Positions 25,266-39,389 of a DNA stretch of 64,000 bases are shown one piece after another. The position numbers were made by a program, and so were the translations under genes. The stretch is from Veleropilina oligotropha. Its lineage: Eukaryota. The notes below the pieces were generated by a model. The model made no database searches, was not told the origin of the DNA, and saw only the letters and a list, made by a program, of their open reading frames with translations. The DNA is taken from contig JBEUKZ010000125.1 of NCBI GenBank assembly GCA_048128005.1, forward strand, positions 124,001-188,000. Reading direction: 5' to 3'. Each line of letters opens with the position of its first letter. Within the stretch, counting starts at the first letter, position 1.

Positions 25266-25769
25266 ATATTATGTGTTCACAAATCCTTTAAACATCAATA
25301 ATCAATTCAATCAATCATCAATAATTACACAACGTTCTGTAAAACTCATCCAACTTGAGGAAAATAATTCATAAATGTTGGGCCGGTGCAATCTGAAAAT
25401 TCTGGACAGAATTAGTGTTTAACGACCACACCAACATTCATAATCAGATTCTGGTCAAGCGACTTAAAAAGTTAAAATTACTAGGTATATTAGAAAAAGT
25501 ATTCACTTTTACATATGAGACATATAGTGAAATCATTATAAATATAAATTTGCTAAAAAAAATTATCAGCAATTTTCCAAACGTAAAGGGGATATATTAG
25601 TTTCTTTTAAAAAACCCAACATGACATCAATTTTAATATTACTAAATAGTTCTTGAAGTTATAATTCCCTAAAATATTGTTGACGCATTGGGTCTAAATC
25701 AACACAGTCCAATACTATATGTTTGACTGCTAGGTCAGTAGCCTAGAGAGTACACTCAGGTGGCGGCTA

Positions 25770-25850
25770 GGGAAGTGAGTCGGCCTATAGTGAGAATGCC
25801 CAATTCTCGGTCTGGTCAAGTCGACCTCTTCACGGCGCAGGGACCTACGT
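25770..25850 (-). pseudogene. Short fragment of an I-group LINE ORF2 C-terminus
   Basis: Minus-strand RREEVDLTRPRIGHS resembles the RREEVVLTRLRIGH motif. Confidence 0.55.
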
Positions 25851-26785
25851 GTAAGAGGGGCACCACTCACTAAGAAGATCCCGGATATTATGCAGTTTAT
25901 TCCACATGCGATCACCATGTAGTTTGAATGTATTTATTTATATCTGAATACGGAATTTTGAAATTTATACGCCAGTGAATTTGTAAAGCTGACTTTGCTC
26001 CTGTATCAACCTTTTCACTGCCTTCGATGCCAATATGGCTTGGTATCCAGCTTAAAATGATGTCATTTTTAAGGGATTATTGTATCTGAACAATAAATGC
26101 TGTATAAATACATGTCTATTCACCTCATCAAAATGCAGGACAGAGTTTCACACAGTTTCCTGATGCGCTGACAGTTAAGAATGTATTTTTAAGCTTCAGT
26201 ATCCACCCCCACCCCCTCGAATTCACCGCTGGAGGTGGGTCATAGAAAAAAGACAAATTGTCTGGGGGTGGGACATGAAAAAAATACACACGGTCCGGGG
26301 GTGGGTCACCATTTTTTGACACAATCAGTAGACCATTTCCACCGACCCACTCCCCCCCCCCTATAATAAATGACCAGTCCCTTAACAGTCTGAAATTTTT
26401 AAATCATTTGCGAATTGCACGGACCTCTGATCTGCCTACGTTACACTGAGCGGCGAAGGTTCGACATTATTGTCCCACAGCTGGGCGCTTTTTTGGCAAA
26501 GAAATTTCGCTCAAAGGTTCACTATATTTTTATGTAAGAAGGGTATCCCTCGGTTCTAATAATGCATTATAGCCACTTTGGGAATGGCAGCTTAAGGGTC
26601 GAAAATTTAATTTTCGGTACCCTCGTAGAAAAACTGCCATAAAAGTATTTTTGGGGCTATAATCCAGTTTATAATCCACATAGAAGTAATTTTTTGTACC
26701 CAGGCATGTCAAATTAGACCACCACAAAATGGCCCCTGACTGAATTTGTTTTCGAAACAAAAATTATATAAGTGGTTCATATATA

Positions 26786-28808
26786 CACCTGGCACTTAAT
26801 TAGGCACCACCCTAAATTTGGGAAGTATCTTCTATTACACAACGAACTGTGACTATTTAAAGGACTTGTGAACACATAATAGATTCTGGCTGATAATAAT
26901 GCTATTGTATATTTATTTATTCTGTTATTAGTAGCGCCATGATTTAGATTATCAAAACATGGATACAGAAAATACTTAACAAGTCATCCCGAAATCTCCC
27001 GAACACTTATTAGGTGACGACACACCTGGCCGACGTGTCCTAGTGCTATAGTTCCTGGTGAGTAACCAATTAGTGGACAATGATGTTGCCTTCTAATTGA
27101 AAAGATTCTGAGCGGCCTGTCCATCTGTGATGTCAAATTCGACCACTGACCTGAAAATATGACTATTCTTGAGACTGATTGATTATTTCGCCAGGCCGCC
27201 TTACAACAAACGCGGAAACTCGTGTAAGACTAACACAACAAATAATATGATAGGAATATGCCGTATAGTCAAATTTCGCCTATATTATGAGTTTTAGTTC
27301 ATATCGCCAATATTATGAGTTTTAGTTCACAAGTCCTTTAATGGTCGCATTATGTTAAAATTGATACTTTTTTGTGAATAAGGTGTCTCATGAATGGTCG
27401 CAATACAAGAAATGCACAATTCCATTACATTTTAATGTGCAATTTTACCAGAAATAAAAGAAGTGTCAAGTTGGGCGAAAATGAAGATAATTTAACTATG
27501 AATAACGCCACGATAAAGAGATTTTCATAAAGGTCACATGTTTGCCATCCTCGAATAAGGTATCTGCTATCATAAAATGTCAAAAGGTTCAGTATTTGGT
27601 GTACCAGATGTTGGATCTGACGCTATAGGGTCGCCTGTCATTCCTGATGCAATGCCGCCGCCAATTCTGCCAGATTTTGAACTGGAGATTCTCTCTCACG
27701 TACTCGGCGACCAAGAATGTTCCATAATTAAGTGTTCAATTGGGTTGATGTCGGGGCTTCTTGCAGGCCAGAGAATGGTAGTGATAGCATTTCGCTGCAG
27801 GAAATCCACTACATCTCGTGCTCGATGCATGGGGTCTAGCATTGTCGTCCCTGAACACTGGCCTCGTTGCCAGTGCATGGTTGTCAAAATGAGGGACGAC
27901 CACATTTTCTATGATGTCCCTCTGATATCTTGGCCCGTTTAGGTTGCCTTGGACAGTTACCAGATTCAGCTTGCAATCGTGGGACACGCATCGTCAGATC
28001 ATAACAGAGCTGCCGCCTATTATAACGGTCTTTTGGATGTTCTTAGCGGCGTATGCGGTATTTCGTTGCCATCCGTCACGTGTAGAAGAAGGCAGCTTTC
28101 TTTCGACCAATGGACCTTCCTCCAGGACGCAAGATTTCATCTGTGCCATACCTGGAACCAAACCAAACGTGCTGCTTGGTGTGATCGTGTCAACAGGGGA
28201 TGCTTGATAGGCCTCCTGGCTCGGTAGCCAACCGCGTTCAGACGCTTCCTGAAGGTCATGATAGTGGACATGACCCTATTGGGAATCCAGTTATCTCTCC
28301 GTTGGCAAATGGGAAGCGCCGTACAAGTCTAATCAAAGCCACATCTTCACGTGGAGAAGTCTTGTGAGGTTGTCATGGTCGTTTATGTCCTTCACATCAT
28401 GTATACTGGTGCTTTCGCAACAGGGTACTAATCACAGTACATGGTTCCAACCCAATTGCCACCCAATTTCCCAACATGACAATTCTGCATTATTTATTTC
28501 AATAATCTGCCAACTAATGGCGATGGATACTTTTCTACGAACCAATAGATGTTTTTTATGTACACAGTGAAACCTCTTTCCACAAAAGAGGACAACTGAA
28601 TGAAACTAACACACGTTTTTCGCAGGTGTGATGGTAGCATGAAGCACGTGAAATTTGTGCGGGCCCCTGGCTGCCGAGGTCACCGAAACTATGGTATGAT
28701 ATGTGAGAAGGGCCATAATTGTCATAGTACTAATATCGACTGTCTACCACTTACAACAATAATTTAGTAACTATGGAATGTTGGTGGCGCTTAATTATGT
28801 TCCAGGTG
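26786..28808 (-). mobile_element. Tc1-like (DD34E) transposon with frameshifted transposase pseudogene at about 27620-28560
   Basis: TIRs cacctggcacttaattaggcaccacc / ggtggcgcttaattatgttccaggtg; TA TSD; LNGPRYQRDII, FRDDNARPH and WPARSPDINPIEHL lie in different frames. Confidence 0.93.
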
Positions 28809-29300
28809 TATAGTTGTACCCTTCAAACTACTGCATGCATGAGGGCGATATTGTGATTTATTTTCACGAAGAGGGATGAATACTCTTTAATATGACACGT
28901 GAATGAGACTGATATTCAATTTGTGATCTGAAATATAGCAGATTTACTATAGCAGGCAAATATCGCGAAATGGAAAAACGTCTCAATTTTAGTCTACTAA
29001 AGTTTTCTTCAGCATTTTCCCAGCTACAAATTCATATATTATCAGAAGAGTCTTTGACAATATCAATTGCTTTCCTGTGAAATGAATCAAAACAACAAGA
29101 AATGATGGCGACTTTGCAAGGCAGAAAAGAATGGATGCAGTGTGATGACATCCGTAAAATATATGTTTATTCCGTGGAATAAATTCGTGGAATTAGTATT
29201 TATTCCATTTAATAATCATTTATTTGACGCTGTTATATATATAGTTATTTTTTTTTAAATAAAAAATAATTATTATGTAAATTGGAGTTATAAATATTAT

Positions 29301-29824
29301 TTCCATGGAATAAACATTAATTCTTAATTCCATGGAATAAACATTAATTCCATGGAATAAACATTAAGTCTATGGAATAAACATTAATTCCATGGATTAA
29401 ACATTAATTCCATGGAATAAACATTAATTTCATGGAATGAACATTAATTCCATGGATTAAACATTAATTCCATGGAATAAACATTAATTCCATGGAATAA
29501 ACATTAATTCCATGGAATAAACATTAATTCCATGGAATAAACATTAATTCCATGGAATAAACATTAATTCCATGGAATAAACATTAATTCCATGGAATAA
29601 ACATTAATTCCATGGAATAAACATTAATTCCATGGAATAAACATTAATTCCATGGAATAAACATTAATTCCATGGAATAAACATTAATTCCATGGAATAA
29701 ACATTAATTCCATGGAATAAACATTAATTCCATGGAATAAACATTAATTCCATATAATAAACATTAATTCCATGGATTAAACATTAATTCTATGGAAATA
29801 AACATTAATTCCATGGAATAAACA
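29301..29824. repeat. Minisatellite, 20-bp unit CATGGAATAAACATTAATTC, ~26 copies
   Basis: Head-to-tail, near-identical units. Confidence 0.98.
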
Positions 29825-29844
29825 ATCTACGGAATAAATATTAA

Positions 29845-30445
29845 AGATGTATTGCCCGTAATTATGTCATAATGCCCTCAAATGCCTTACTTACCTATAT
29901 GTAGACGTTATAAAAAGTATTGATGATTCAATGTGAAAGAATCTACATTGTTTGTTGTTTTATAATAAAAAAACCACTGCTGAAATCGGTGCTCGTCGCT
30001 GAACTCTTTCGATCTTTCCGCCATTAAAACTACCAAGGATGCGTGCATTTCGTCGAATTATCGACGAACGAGACAACTCGTCCATTTTCGAGTATACTTT
30101 TTATCGAAACATGCAGACGCTACGTCAAATACGAATAATTAATTTATCGAGTTTGCATGCGATGTGACAGTACTGTAAAATAGTTAATTAGTGTTAAGTT
30201 AAAGCCCAAGTTAACTTCAACAGTGCCCAACTTCACGAAATTCCATTCCACGAGCGTCCGTCACCCAAATAATAAAAGCGGACACGGTTTTATTATTTTT
30301 TACTTTTAATTCGTAGGCGCTTCAGGGACTATAGAATTTTTGGGAAAAATTGCCAAGTTTCTAACTTTAGCCAACTGGCAAAGTACGTTTGCGGTCTAAG
30401 GTTTAAAATTAAAAGCGTTTTTCGCTACTTACGGGCAATACATCT
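29845..30445. mobile_element. Non-autonomous Kolobok-like element
   Basis: TTAA TSD at 29841-29844 and 30446-30449; perfect 17-bp TIR agatgtattgcccgtaa. Confidence 0.88.
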
Positions 30446-31446
30446 TTAATTTCACTGAATAAACAATAATTCCGCTAAAGAAACGTTATTCCATGCTGTT
30501 ATATTTAATTATTTTTGTAAAAAAAAAAAATTATCATTTAAAGTGATACAATCCGATGCAATATATTAGATATTAGATATTAGATGCAATATATTAGATC
30601 TTGCGTGTTATTTGCGAAACACTTCGTAAAATATCATTGTTCTATTCGTTCGTTCAGATCGAACGAATAGAGCGAATAAAGCATAACTTCATTATTTCAA
30701 TATTAAATTGAATGAAGACTGAAGACGCGCAATTTATTATGTAGTTACCATAGTAACCGACGTGTATGACCAAATTACGTAAGAAATAAACGCCTTTCAG
30801 TAATATCATGGCTTCTCCTGGAACTTTGAAGTTGTCTTTTTTTTAAATAATCCCACTTGAATATGTCGGCCGTGTGGCCAGCTGTTCGTGCATCTTTCAA
30901 TTAAACATATACTGAATAATTACCCGCGCGTGCCGTCGATATATTACGTCATCTTGAATAACGTCATCCAATCAAAGGCTAATGAGCTGTAACCGCGGGT
31001 CTGTTTATTGCGACTTTACAACAGTTGAAGTACATTATGCAAGGAAATTAACCCCCAAAACAATATCAGGATTAAAATAACGTTCAAGAATTAAAAAATA
31101 AATGTTACGATTAAAAGCAGGTGGTGCTGCTGCATCAGTATCGGTACCAATTATTTTCAGTTATATAAAAAACACACAGCCAACGACAATATATTTGCAG
31201 ATTAACGAAAGCCACAACTTGTTCATTTATATTTCGCGTTTATCCACATAACAGATTCGTATTGCTTACATAATAACATACAGACAAAAATAATAATGTC
31301 GGCATATTATTACATAGGTCTAGCCTATTTTTGGTATATCCTTTGATATATTGCAGTAAATTTAATGCATCGTCGTTATATATTATATGAGAGAAAATCT
31401 AAAAAGAAACTACCAATTATTAATATCAAAATTCAATGCTGCTTAA

Positions 31447-32025
31447 AGGGGCTGGTTCCGCTTCATTACGTAATTTACATTCGAAAGAAAACTACAAATG
31501 ACATATTGTGTGCATTTATCAGCTACTCATTTGATGATTCGCAAGTTAAAATGCAGCATAATGTATTATATTTACTAGATAATCGCTTCAGTCATAGACA
31601 TAATTTTTGGTGGAACGGTTGCATTAGAAACCATTGAATATAAGTCGTGGAGGTTTCCCCCGGTCAATTTTTAATGTTTAAATATCATAATAATAGTAAT
31701 ATATGTATCATACAATTTTAAAATACGGTAAATGCCATTATTTGAAACTTTATGATCAGATAATGTATTGTTTTCATAATAAATATAAACATATCGATAT
31801 GGTCGAAACTTCCTGAAGCCGACGTGAATGATCACCGTGAATAAAAAGACGCGCGCCTTTTATTCAGAATCGCTATATCAAACATTTATTGCAATATGTT
31901 AAGTTTTATTTTACGATGTGGTAATTTGCAAACCAGCATGACTTTATGAAAATAATACATACAAAAAAAGGTATGTTACTTGGCGTTCAAAAGCGTGTTT
32001 GCGGGTTGAAGTGGAACCAGCCCCT
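31447..32025. mobile_element. Non-autonomous Kolobok-like element
   Basis: TTAA TSD; TIR aggggctggttcc(g/a)cttca; empty site preserved in the adjacent duplicate near 32097-32225. Confidence 0.92.
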
Positions 32026-33277
32026 TTAATTAAGGTGGGAACCGCACATAATTTTTTGTCTTAAACTAGAACGGATGGTCAGTGGTACTTATGAAAATGA
32101 GAGAAAATCTTAAAAAAAACTACCAATTATTAATATTAAAATTCAATGCTGCTTAATTAAGGTGGGAACCGCACATAATTTTTTGCCTTAAACTAGAATG
32201 GATGGTCAGTGGTAGTTATGAAAATGATCCCCCTCCCCCCTAATGTATAGGCCTAGGCTACACATTTATATTTGCAGAGGTTGCCAAAATGGTTGTGTTA
32301 CTGTAAATAATTGAGATGTCGGGCTTGTTGTTGTTTAATTTTATGTGAGTTCAAAAATCTAATACGGTAACGGATATAATAAAACGGTTTGAACTAAAAT
32401 GAAACTACCAATTTGTCTATGTAAACTAACACCTTTTATTTTAAATTTTCCAATTTAAATTTGTCTTATTTAACACATAAACTAATAATATATGTTATAT
32501 AGTTTATCATAAAATTAATTTGCCGCCGGAAAAGTATTCTGAAACTCGTTAACGCAAATGTATGCAGTGTCACTGCATGACTAGCATTTCCGAGGCAGAC
32601 AAATCCATCTTGGATCATGAGGGGCGGTAACTCTTGTTGCCACAACAGATGTTTTGAGTGTCGATGTGATAACACCGAGAAGAGGCAAACAGACCGACCA
32701 CTGTTTCTCCCGTCTTTCTGTACGCTTACTTGCACGCACTGACAAATGTGGCCATATGTTTCTAGAATGTGGTATTGATGTCAAATAAAATGGCTAAAAT
32801 CTTGTCTTTCAAGCTTTCGTTGGGTTCGATTTTGTAGTTTGTTATAGGCCTTGTGTTGATCTTATGGTCTTAAATTTAATCGTTTTACAACTCCACATTA
32901 AACTATGTCTATCCAGCTTTCAAAAATGCTGGATAATTTCTTCTAAAGTTTTGTAAAATTTCATACACATTTTGGAGAACTTTATTCAGATTTTGGACAC
33001 CTCTTTTGGAAAATTTCATACACATTTTGGATAACAAAAGTCAGATTTTGGACACCTCTTTTCCACATTTATAAACCCAGACAACAACCTTCTAAAAACA
33101 CAGGATCCTCATTGTGAGTTTATTGTCACGTTTCAACATCTATGCCTATGGACATTTTGAATTATGTTCTTATTATCGTGACAGAAGCCCGGATTTTCAT
33201 GTGAAGCCCACCATCCCATCTAGTTATAGACAACCGTGTTTGCAAACTTCACAAAATCTTTGACCCAATAACTTTAA

Positions 33278-33828
33278 AGAGACTATTGCCCGTAAATGCG
33301 CTCTTTCGCACGAGTTGTCTCTGGCACGAGTTGTCGTGACACCGGAGCACAGTTGCGTTGGTACTGCTCGTCAAGTAAGTTAGCTTTCTACTTGACAGTA
33401 ACATATATTGCCCATAATGCATTTACAATAATTATTTCAATAAAAGTCTATCATTTGATCATCAAATTTCGCGAAGATATGATCGATATATGATCAAATG
33501 ATAGACTTTTATTGAAATAATTATTGTAAATGCATTATGGGCAATATATGTTACTGTCAAGTAGAAAGCTAACTTACTTGACGAGCAGAAACCAACGCAA
33601 CTGTGCTCCAACTAGGTCAATTGGAAATGAACTCGGTGCGAGGTAATTAAACGCGGACCGCGTTTTATTATTTTTAAATATTCAGTAGCGATTAATTTAA
33701 ACGGTAGCAAATTACTGACGAAATTTGAGTGCTGATAATTCCTAACTTTTTATGTTATAAACAAAAAGTGTAATGCTGTTAGTTTTCTTTTTAAAAAAGA
33801 AAGAGCGCATTTACGGGCAATAGTCTCT
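33278..33828. mobile_element. Non-autonomous Kolobok-like element with a long internal palindrome
   Basis: TTAA TSD; perfect 29-bp TIR agagactattgcccgtaaatgcgctcttt; internal inverted arms 33344-33462 and 33490-33609. Confidence 0.92.
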
Positions 33829-34711
33829 TTAATTCACTCTAAGGATGCGGTGATTTCAGTGCGCGTGAATAGAACAAAGCTCTTGCTCACGCGGCCATTG
33901 TTGGGCATCAACCACTTTCAATATACCATATATATATAGGGACGGATACAGATTTTTCAAAGGGGTCCAAATTTTATATTATATTATCAACTGTCCGCGT
34001 GGTGCCACGCGTAATGTTTTTTTTTAAATGAACTGCTTGAAACCCCCCTCTCCTTCGTTTCTGGCTCTAAGGTGTGTGTGTGGGGTGGGGGGGGGGGGGG
34101 GGTGGTGGGAGTTGGAACATCCGATATACTCTATACATCCAATATATGTTTATCTGATCGGATGTAACCTTAAACCCGAGATCTTAATTGTCATACAATT
34201 GGATAAAACGGGTCTTAAATCAGACAATGAAAAAAAAAATATTCAATTCTGGATTTCAAGGGGGGGGGTACGTCTTGACCCCTGGATCCGCATATGATAT
34301 ATGTAATCAAATGAGCAACAATGCCTATTATGTTTTATCTCATCGAACACGTGTATATCGGAGCACGGATCCGCAGCCTTGCCTCCCTCATTCACTTGCG
34401 CTCGTAAATGTGTAGCATTGTTTCACCAATGAATGAATATAAGCCATGTGGCACACGAGACAGATCTCCAGCTGAAATTATCATTAAATTAATGTGATTT
34501 CACGCCGCGAGCGCTCGAGTTAGTCCACGCGTGAGGCTACTAATGTCCGTCTTCAAGGATAAACTCCCATTGCTTGATAATTATTTATCGACGTCGTGCG
34601 CAATTAGTTTACGTCATTCGAATACTACGTCAGCTGTTGTGGCGATTATGTGACATGAATGAATGGGGATAGTGCGATGTTTATGAGATTGCAAATATAG
34701 CCCCCCCCCCC

Positions 34712-35984
34712 CAGGGGCGTCGCGACCGGGGGGGGGGGGTAAGGGGGGTATTAACCCCCCTAAAATTTTGGGCAGAAGTGCCCTCGCATATCCTGATTAG
34801 GCCTACTGAAGGTGCGTTTGACGAACATTGTTGTTAACGTAATCAAGGATATATTATATTATTTCTATAAATCATGTCCCCTTTGAAGTTTCCCCATTTA
34901 CTTGTCGTTGTTCAGATGAGAGTTTTTGGACTGTTTCCAGTTTTCGCATGTCGTGTTTCCTTCCCACTTATTCCGGCTTAGTGCTTGCTACTTTCGTGAT
35001 CCCACGGTCTTCGCAGGCGGGCATCGCGTTTTAAGACGCGAAAAGGCTAATGATATTACGCCCATTTCGGGGCCCAAAACCTTGGTTTAGTGAATCCAAT
35101 CCTTCTGTTTCAGGCAGCGAAAGCTGTCATGGTTTTACATGCGCAGAACAAGAGAGGGGGGAATATTTCGTCCATATTCCCTTTCAAGTTTACACACACT
35201 TAGGACTGTCTACAGTGTATACAGGCGGAGTTCCCCAATTTACTTCTCGCATAAACCAACAATGTGCACAAGATTCAAAGTTTCGTTTCTGTTATTTATT
35301 AGGGTGGGTTGAATGCTTGGCTATAGGCACTTTGTTGAATTAACAGACACAATTATTGTCCTTATCTAGTCGGTGCATGAGCGCAGACTTTCCCGGCGTT
35401 CGGGCTTATTCTCTCGATAAATGCATATATATGTTATGCATTTGCCCTGGTATGAACCTGAAGGTGGTAAAATGGGACATAAAGCATCAATCTCAACAAA
35501 TCATATATGCAGGTTACATGTATACTGAGTCTGTTTCTGTCAGATAGAATGAATGATTTGCGAATGCAATGAATGCTGTAATGATGCAAAGATGACTCTC
35601 TAAAAACATCCATTTGCAGCTTCAGAGCGCAGGAGAAGCTATTTCACAGTATCAAGTATTAAAATTTTCTTGCGCGCGGGGCCCAAACCCCACGCACACC
35701 ATTGATGATCAAGTCAATAAAATACTGAACCCCGCTCTAAATTAAATTCCTATACACCCCCTAGAAAATCATGTATACCAAACACTCTAAAGTTGTGACA
35801 GTAACACTCCTGCTTTTTCCATTCAAGGTTTATCTGGGATAGGCTAGCAATAGGCGCGCATACGTGCATTATCTTGGGCTTATAAATATGTGATTTGAAA
35901 GTTTCGCTTTTTGTAATATACTCTTTACAAGGTGCCCTTTGTTGGTGGTACCCCCCTAACATAAAAATGGTTGCGACGCCCCTG
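34712..35984. mobile_element. Non-autonomous hAT-like element inserted in a poly-C run
   Basis: TIR caggggcgtcgc(g/a)acc 15/16; poly-C on both sides, so TSD length cannot be read; nested SINE remnant near 35340-35500. Confidence 0.85.
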
Positions 35985-36879
35985 CCCCCCCCCCCCCAAA
36001 CCCACCAGAATGTCGCACAATTAATGCGTTTTAATATATAACTGCTATTGTTTTATTTTATTAGGCCTATTTAAGTTTACTCTTGTACTCAGGTTATCGT
36101 ATTCACCCAGGAATTCACAATTTGGCAACTGAAAACATTTGAATTTATACCATTGTTTCATTGGCATTTTTCCGCTGACACGAACAGTAATGGGTTCGAA
36201 TTTCGGTTGAGACATGACATTATTAGTCCAAGATATGAATCACAGTTGTCTATAACTGGTCGGAGAGGGTGGGTTTCTCCCAGTGACCGGGATTTCATCT
36301 CGCGATAACCCCAGGGGATGGATGAGTGGATGTGTTTGTTCAAATGTTCAAATCAATATGAATTGGCCACCATCGTAATGTCCTGTATATTTATACCAAA
36401 TCATAAGATGTGAGCACGGCCCACATGGACGAATCGCAAAACAAGTTGAAGTATTATTAATAATGATTAACTTTCAGAACTTCATAATATTCGTCTGCTA
36501 ATAGGGAATGTGAGCTTCAACGCAAGGCTCAATTCCAAATTCAGGTAGATGTGATTAATCTCAACTAAAGATGTGAAAGCTAAATAAACGTGCGAAAGTA
36601 TACGTCTTAACCAATATGGACATGTCCTGCTTTCAAAAGAATGGTTGGAAATATACATGACATTAAGGATCGATCTTATCATTACTATTTTTCACAAAAT
36701 ATAAAACACTACATTATTGTATTATATATTCATTGGACAGCTATTTATTTGCTATTTTGGCGATCAACGGTAATCTTTTCGTGAAAGTTGTAAGAATGCA
36801 AGAAACAATTTCGCCAACAAATACCTGTTTACAGTAACTGCTGGTGACAATGGCAATGCACATCTTATATTTAGGCGAC

Positions 36880-37242
36880 GGCGTGCACAGTAGTCACAAC
36901 ACAACATGACCTAGCCATAACATGACTGAAAATAATCATTATTGCATGAATGGACTATACTATCACGTGTAAATGTTATTATATAAAATACCCAAATGCA
37001 GAGCTGAAATTGTATCTAAGTGTATACGAGCGTCCTCTTCTTTAAACTAAGCTTTAACAATTCATCTCGTTAATTCTATCAGGGCGTGCACAGTACACAA
37101 CACAACATGGCCAAACCAAAATATGACTGAAAATAATTATATGAATGGACTATCATATATGTTAGGCCCTCCATTATAAAAAATACCCAAATGCAGAACT
37201 GAGATTGTAAGTGAATACGGGTGTCTTATTCTTTAAACTAAG
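36880..37242. repeat. Diverged tandem duplication, ~200-bp period
   Basis: ggcgtgcacagta..caacacaacatg..ctttaaactaag occurs twice. Confidence 0.85.
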
Positions 37243-38661
37243 ATAAACTAACTCAATTTTTCGATATTTGTTGTCAATTTAGCAAATGTGTTAAAAAATA
37301 AGCGTTTTATATTTATAATTATTAGGTATCTGGTACCATTGCTCGTGTTAAGACGACGTGATTGTCTATTCTTGCGGAAAATAAGGGCTCGTCGCATCAT
37401 TATGATTATCAGGAAAGTGTCAATCGAAGAGACAGGCACCCGCATATGATGGTCGGGCGTGGGATAGGGATATACCTTATCAATATAAAACAATACTATG
37501 GATGCATTTCAAATTATGCAAATAAATGCATTTGCATATATAACCAGGATTGTCAGAGCAAAGGATGCGCTGGCACAGTCCGTCGCCGTACAGAAAGCCC
37601 CACGTGTTGGCGCCCTCGGCCCTTTCTTCAGAAATGCAAATAACCCTATCAAAAAGTATTAGGGAAATGATTATAACCCCATTAGCGTAAATTAATACCG
37701 TTTGTGTTTAGTCACGTGTTAAACGCTTCTTTGACTTTGTATTAGTTAGCAGTGTTACATTTCAAGTCGCGTTTGACCACATGTCCTCATCCGCCTCTCG
37801 TGGAAGGTACGATTGACAAATTAATTTGTTCGTGAAGCACAAAGAAAACGCATTATAAGCTTTTTTATGACATATGTATTAGATACAAGAAATAGTATTT
37901 AATTATATCGACCTACTCAAGATAATATTATCGTAAATTTTAGAACATTTGAGCATGGCCGAGCTGTTGTATCATACTGAGCGTATGTGTGCTCGTGACC
38001 AAATATGCACAATTCCAGCATTTTAATTTAATTTTAAGAGAGAGAACAAAATAATACAAACAAATCGAATTATAAACACGTCTTACTAGTATCATAACGT
38101 ATCTATCGAATCCGTAATGAGATAAAGTTATATCTATATTATTTATTAAAAATACTGTGATTCAGTTGTTATAATAAAATATATGTTCTAAAGACTTTCA
38201 GTGACGGGTGGTATGAACACCTATATTTCCTGTGTTGGAATATTTTTGATCATCAAATTAGCAAGTAGTGTCATTTAATTAAAACTGTGAATTATGTGGA
38301 GCGACATGTCTTTGTTGCTGCAATTTCGCCTTTATGTGCACTGCAATAAAGCTATTTAATTGTGTCTAAGTATGCGCAAGAATTTATAATGAAAAAGTAA
38401 TTACCGCCAGACTTGTTGTTTTGTCAATTGTTTATTGAGTCATTAATGAAACAATTTACACAGGATTTTCCTTGTTTTTTTGTCATCAACGAGTTCATTA
38501 CGTATTCCCTACATTGATTTTGATATTTTCGATATGTAAAATACTTTAATTTAATTAAAACAATATTTATAAAGTCTTTACTGTGAAATAGACGACTGTT
38601 CAGTACCAACATTAAAACACTTTGGACCGAAGTCAAACGTTAATATTTTACATTTTGTAAA

Positions 38662-39140
38662 GTATCCTAAAACATAATTTTAGTGTTAAATTATACTTTT
38701 TTTTTCAAAAAGTCATAGTCAAATTTAACCTTACATGCTATACCACGAAGATAAATATGCATAGATTCGAGAAAAAAGGTTGCTCTAAATTAATAACTTT
38801 CAAGAGTGCGTAGATATTTTGTAATCATGCAAGGGGTAACCTACACATTTCGTCATGTCGATTAAATGCTTCTACCATGTAATGTCCAAAATGCGTGCGT
38901 ATCCTAAAACATAATTTTAGTGTTAATTAAATTATACCTTTTTTTCAAAAAGTCATGTTCAATTTAACCTTACATGCTATTACCACGAAGATAAATATGC
39001 ATAGATTCGAGAAAAAAGGTTGCTCTAAATTAATAACTTTCAAGAGTGCGTAGATATTTTGTAATCATGCAAGGGGTAACCTACACATTTCGTCATGTCG
39101 ATTAAATGCTTCTACCATGTAATGTCAAAAATGCGTGCGT
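38662..39140. repeat. Near-identical tandem duplication, ~237-bp unit x2
   Basis: 38662-38898 is repeated from 38899 with a few small differences. Confidence 0.95.
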
Positions 39141-39389
39141 GAACTGTGCGAAAATATGCTGGTCGTTTACCGTAAAATAGTGACCAAATTTACCCGGGAA
39201 CGTGTTATGTTTGTTTTCCGTCCCCCTTTCCTAACCACTTGTCGCTTTATTTATCTAATTATTTGCGATCGCTTAGTCTATTAACAATATTAGAATGGCA
39301 GTTGTAGGTTCTCAAATATTTATCTAACGTCATGTACATTTTTAACTGAAGACCAAGTTTTTTGAAACAGGTGTTTGTACACAACAAAT

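Noticed and set aside
29301..29824. Possible CRISPR array
   Set aside because: Head-to-tail 20-bp units with no spacers, eukaryotic context and no cas genes
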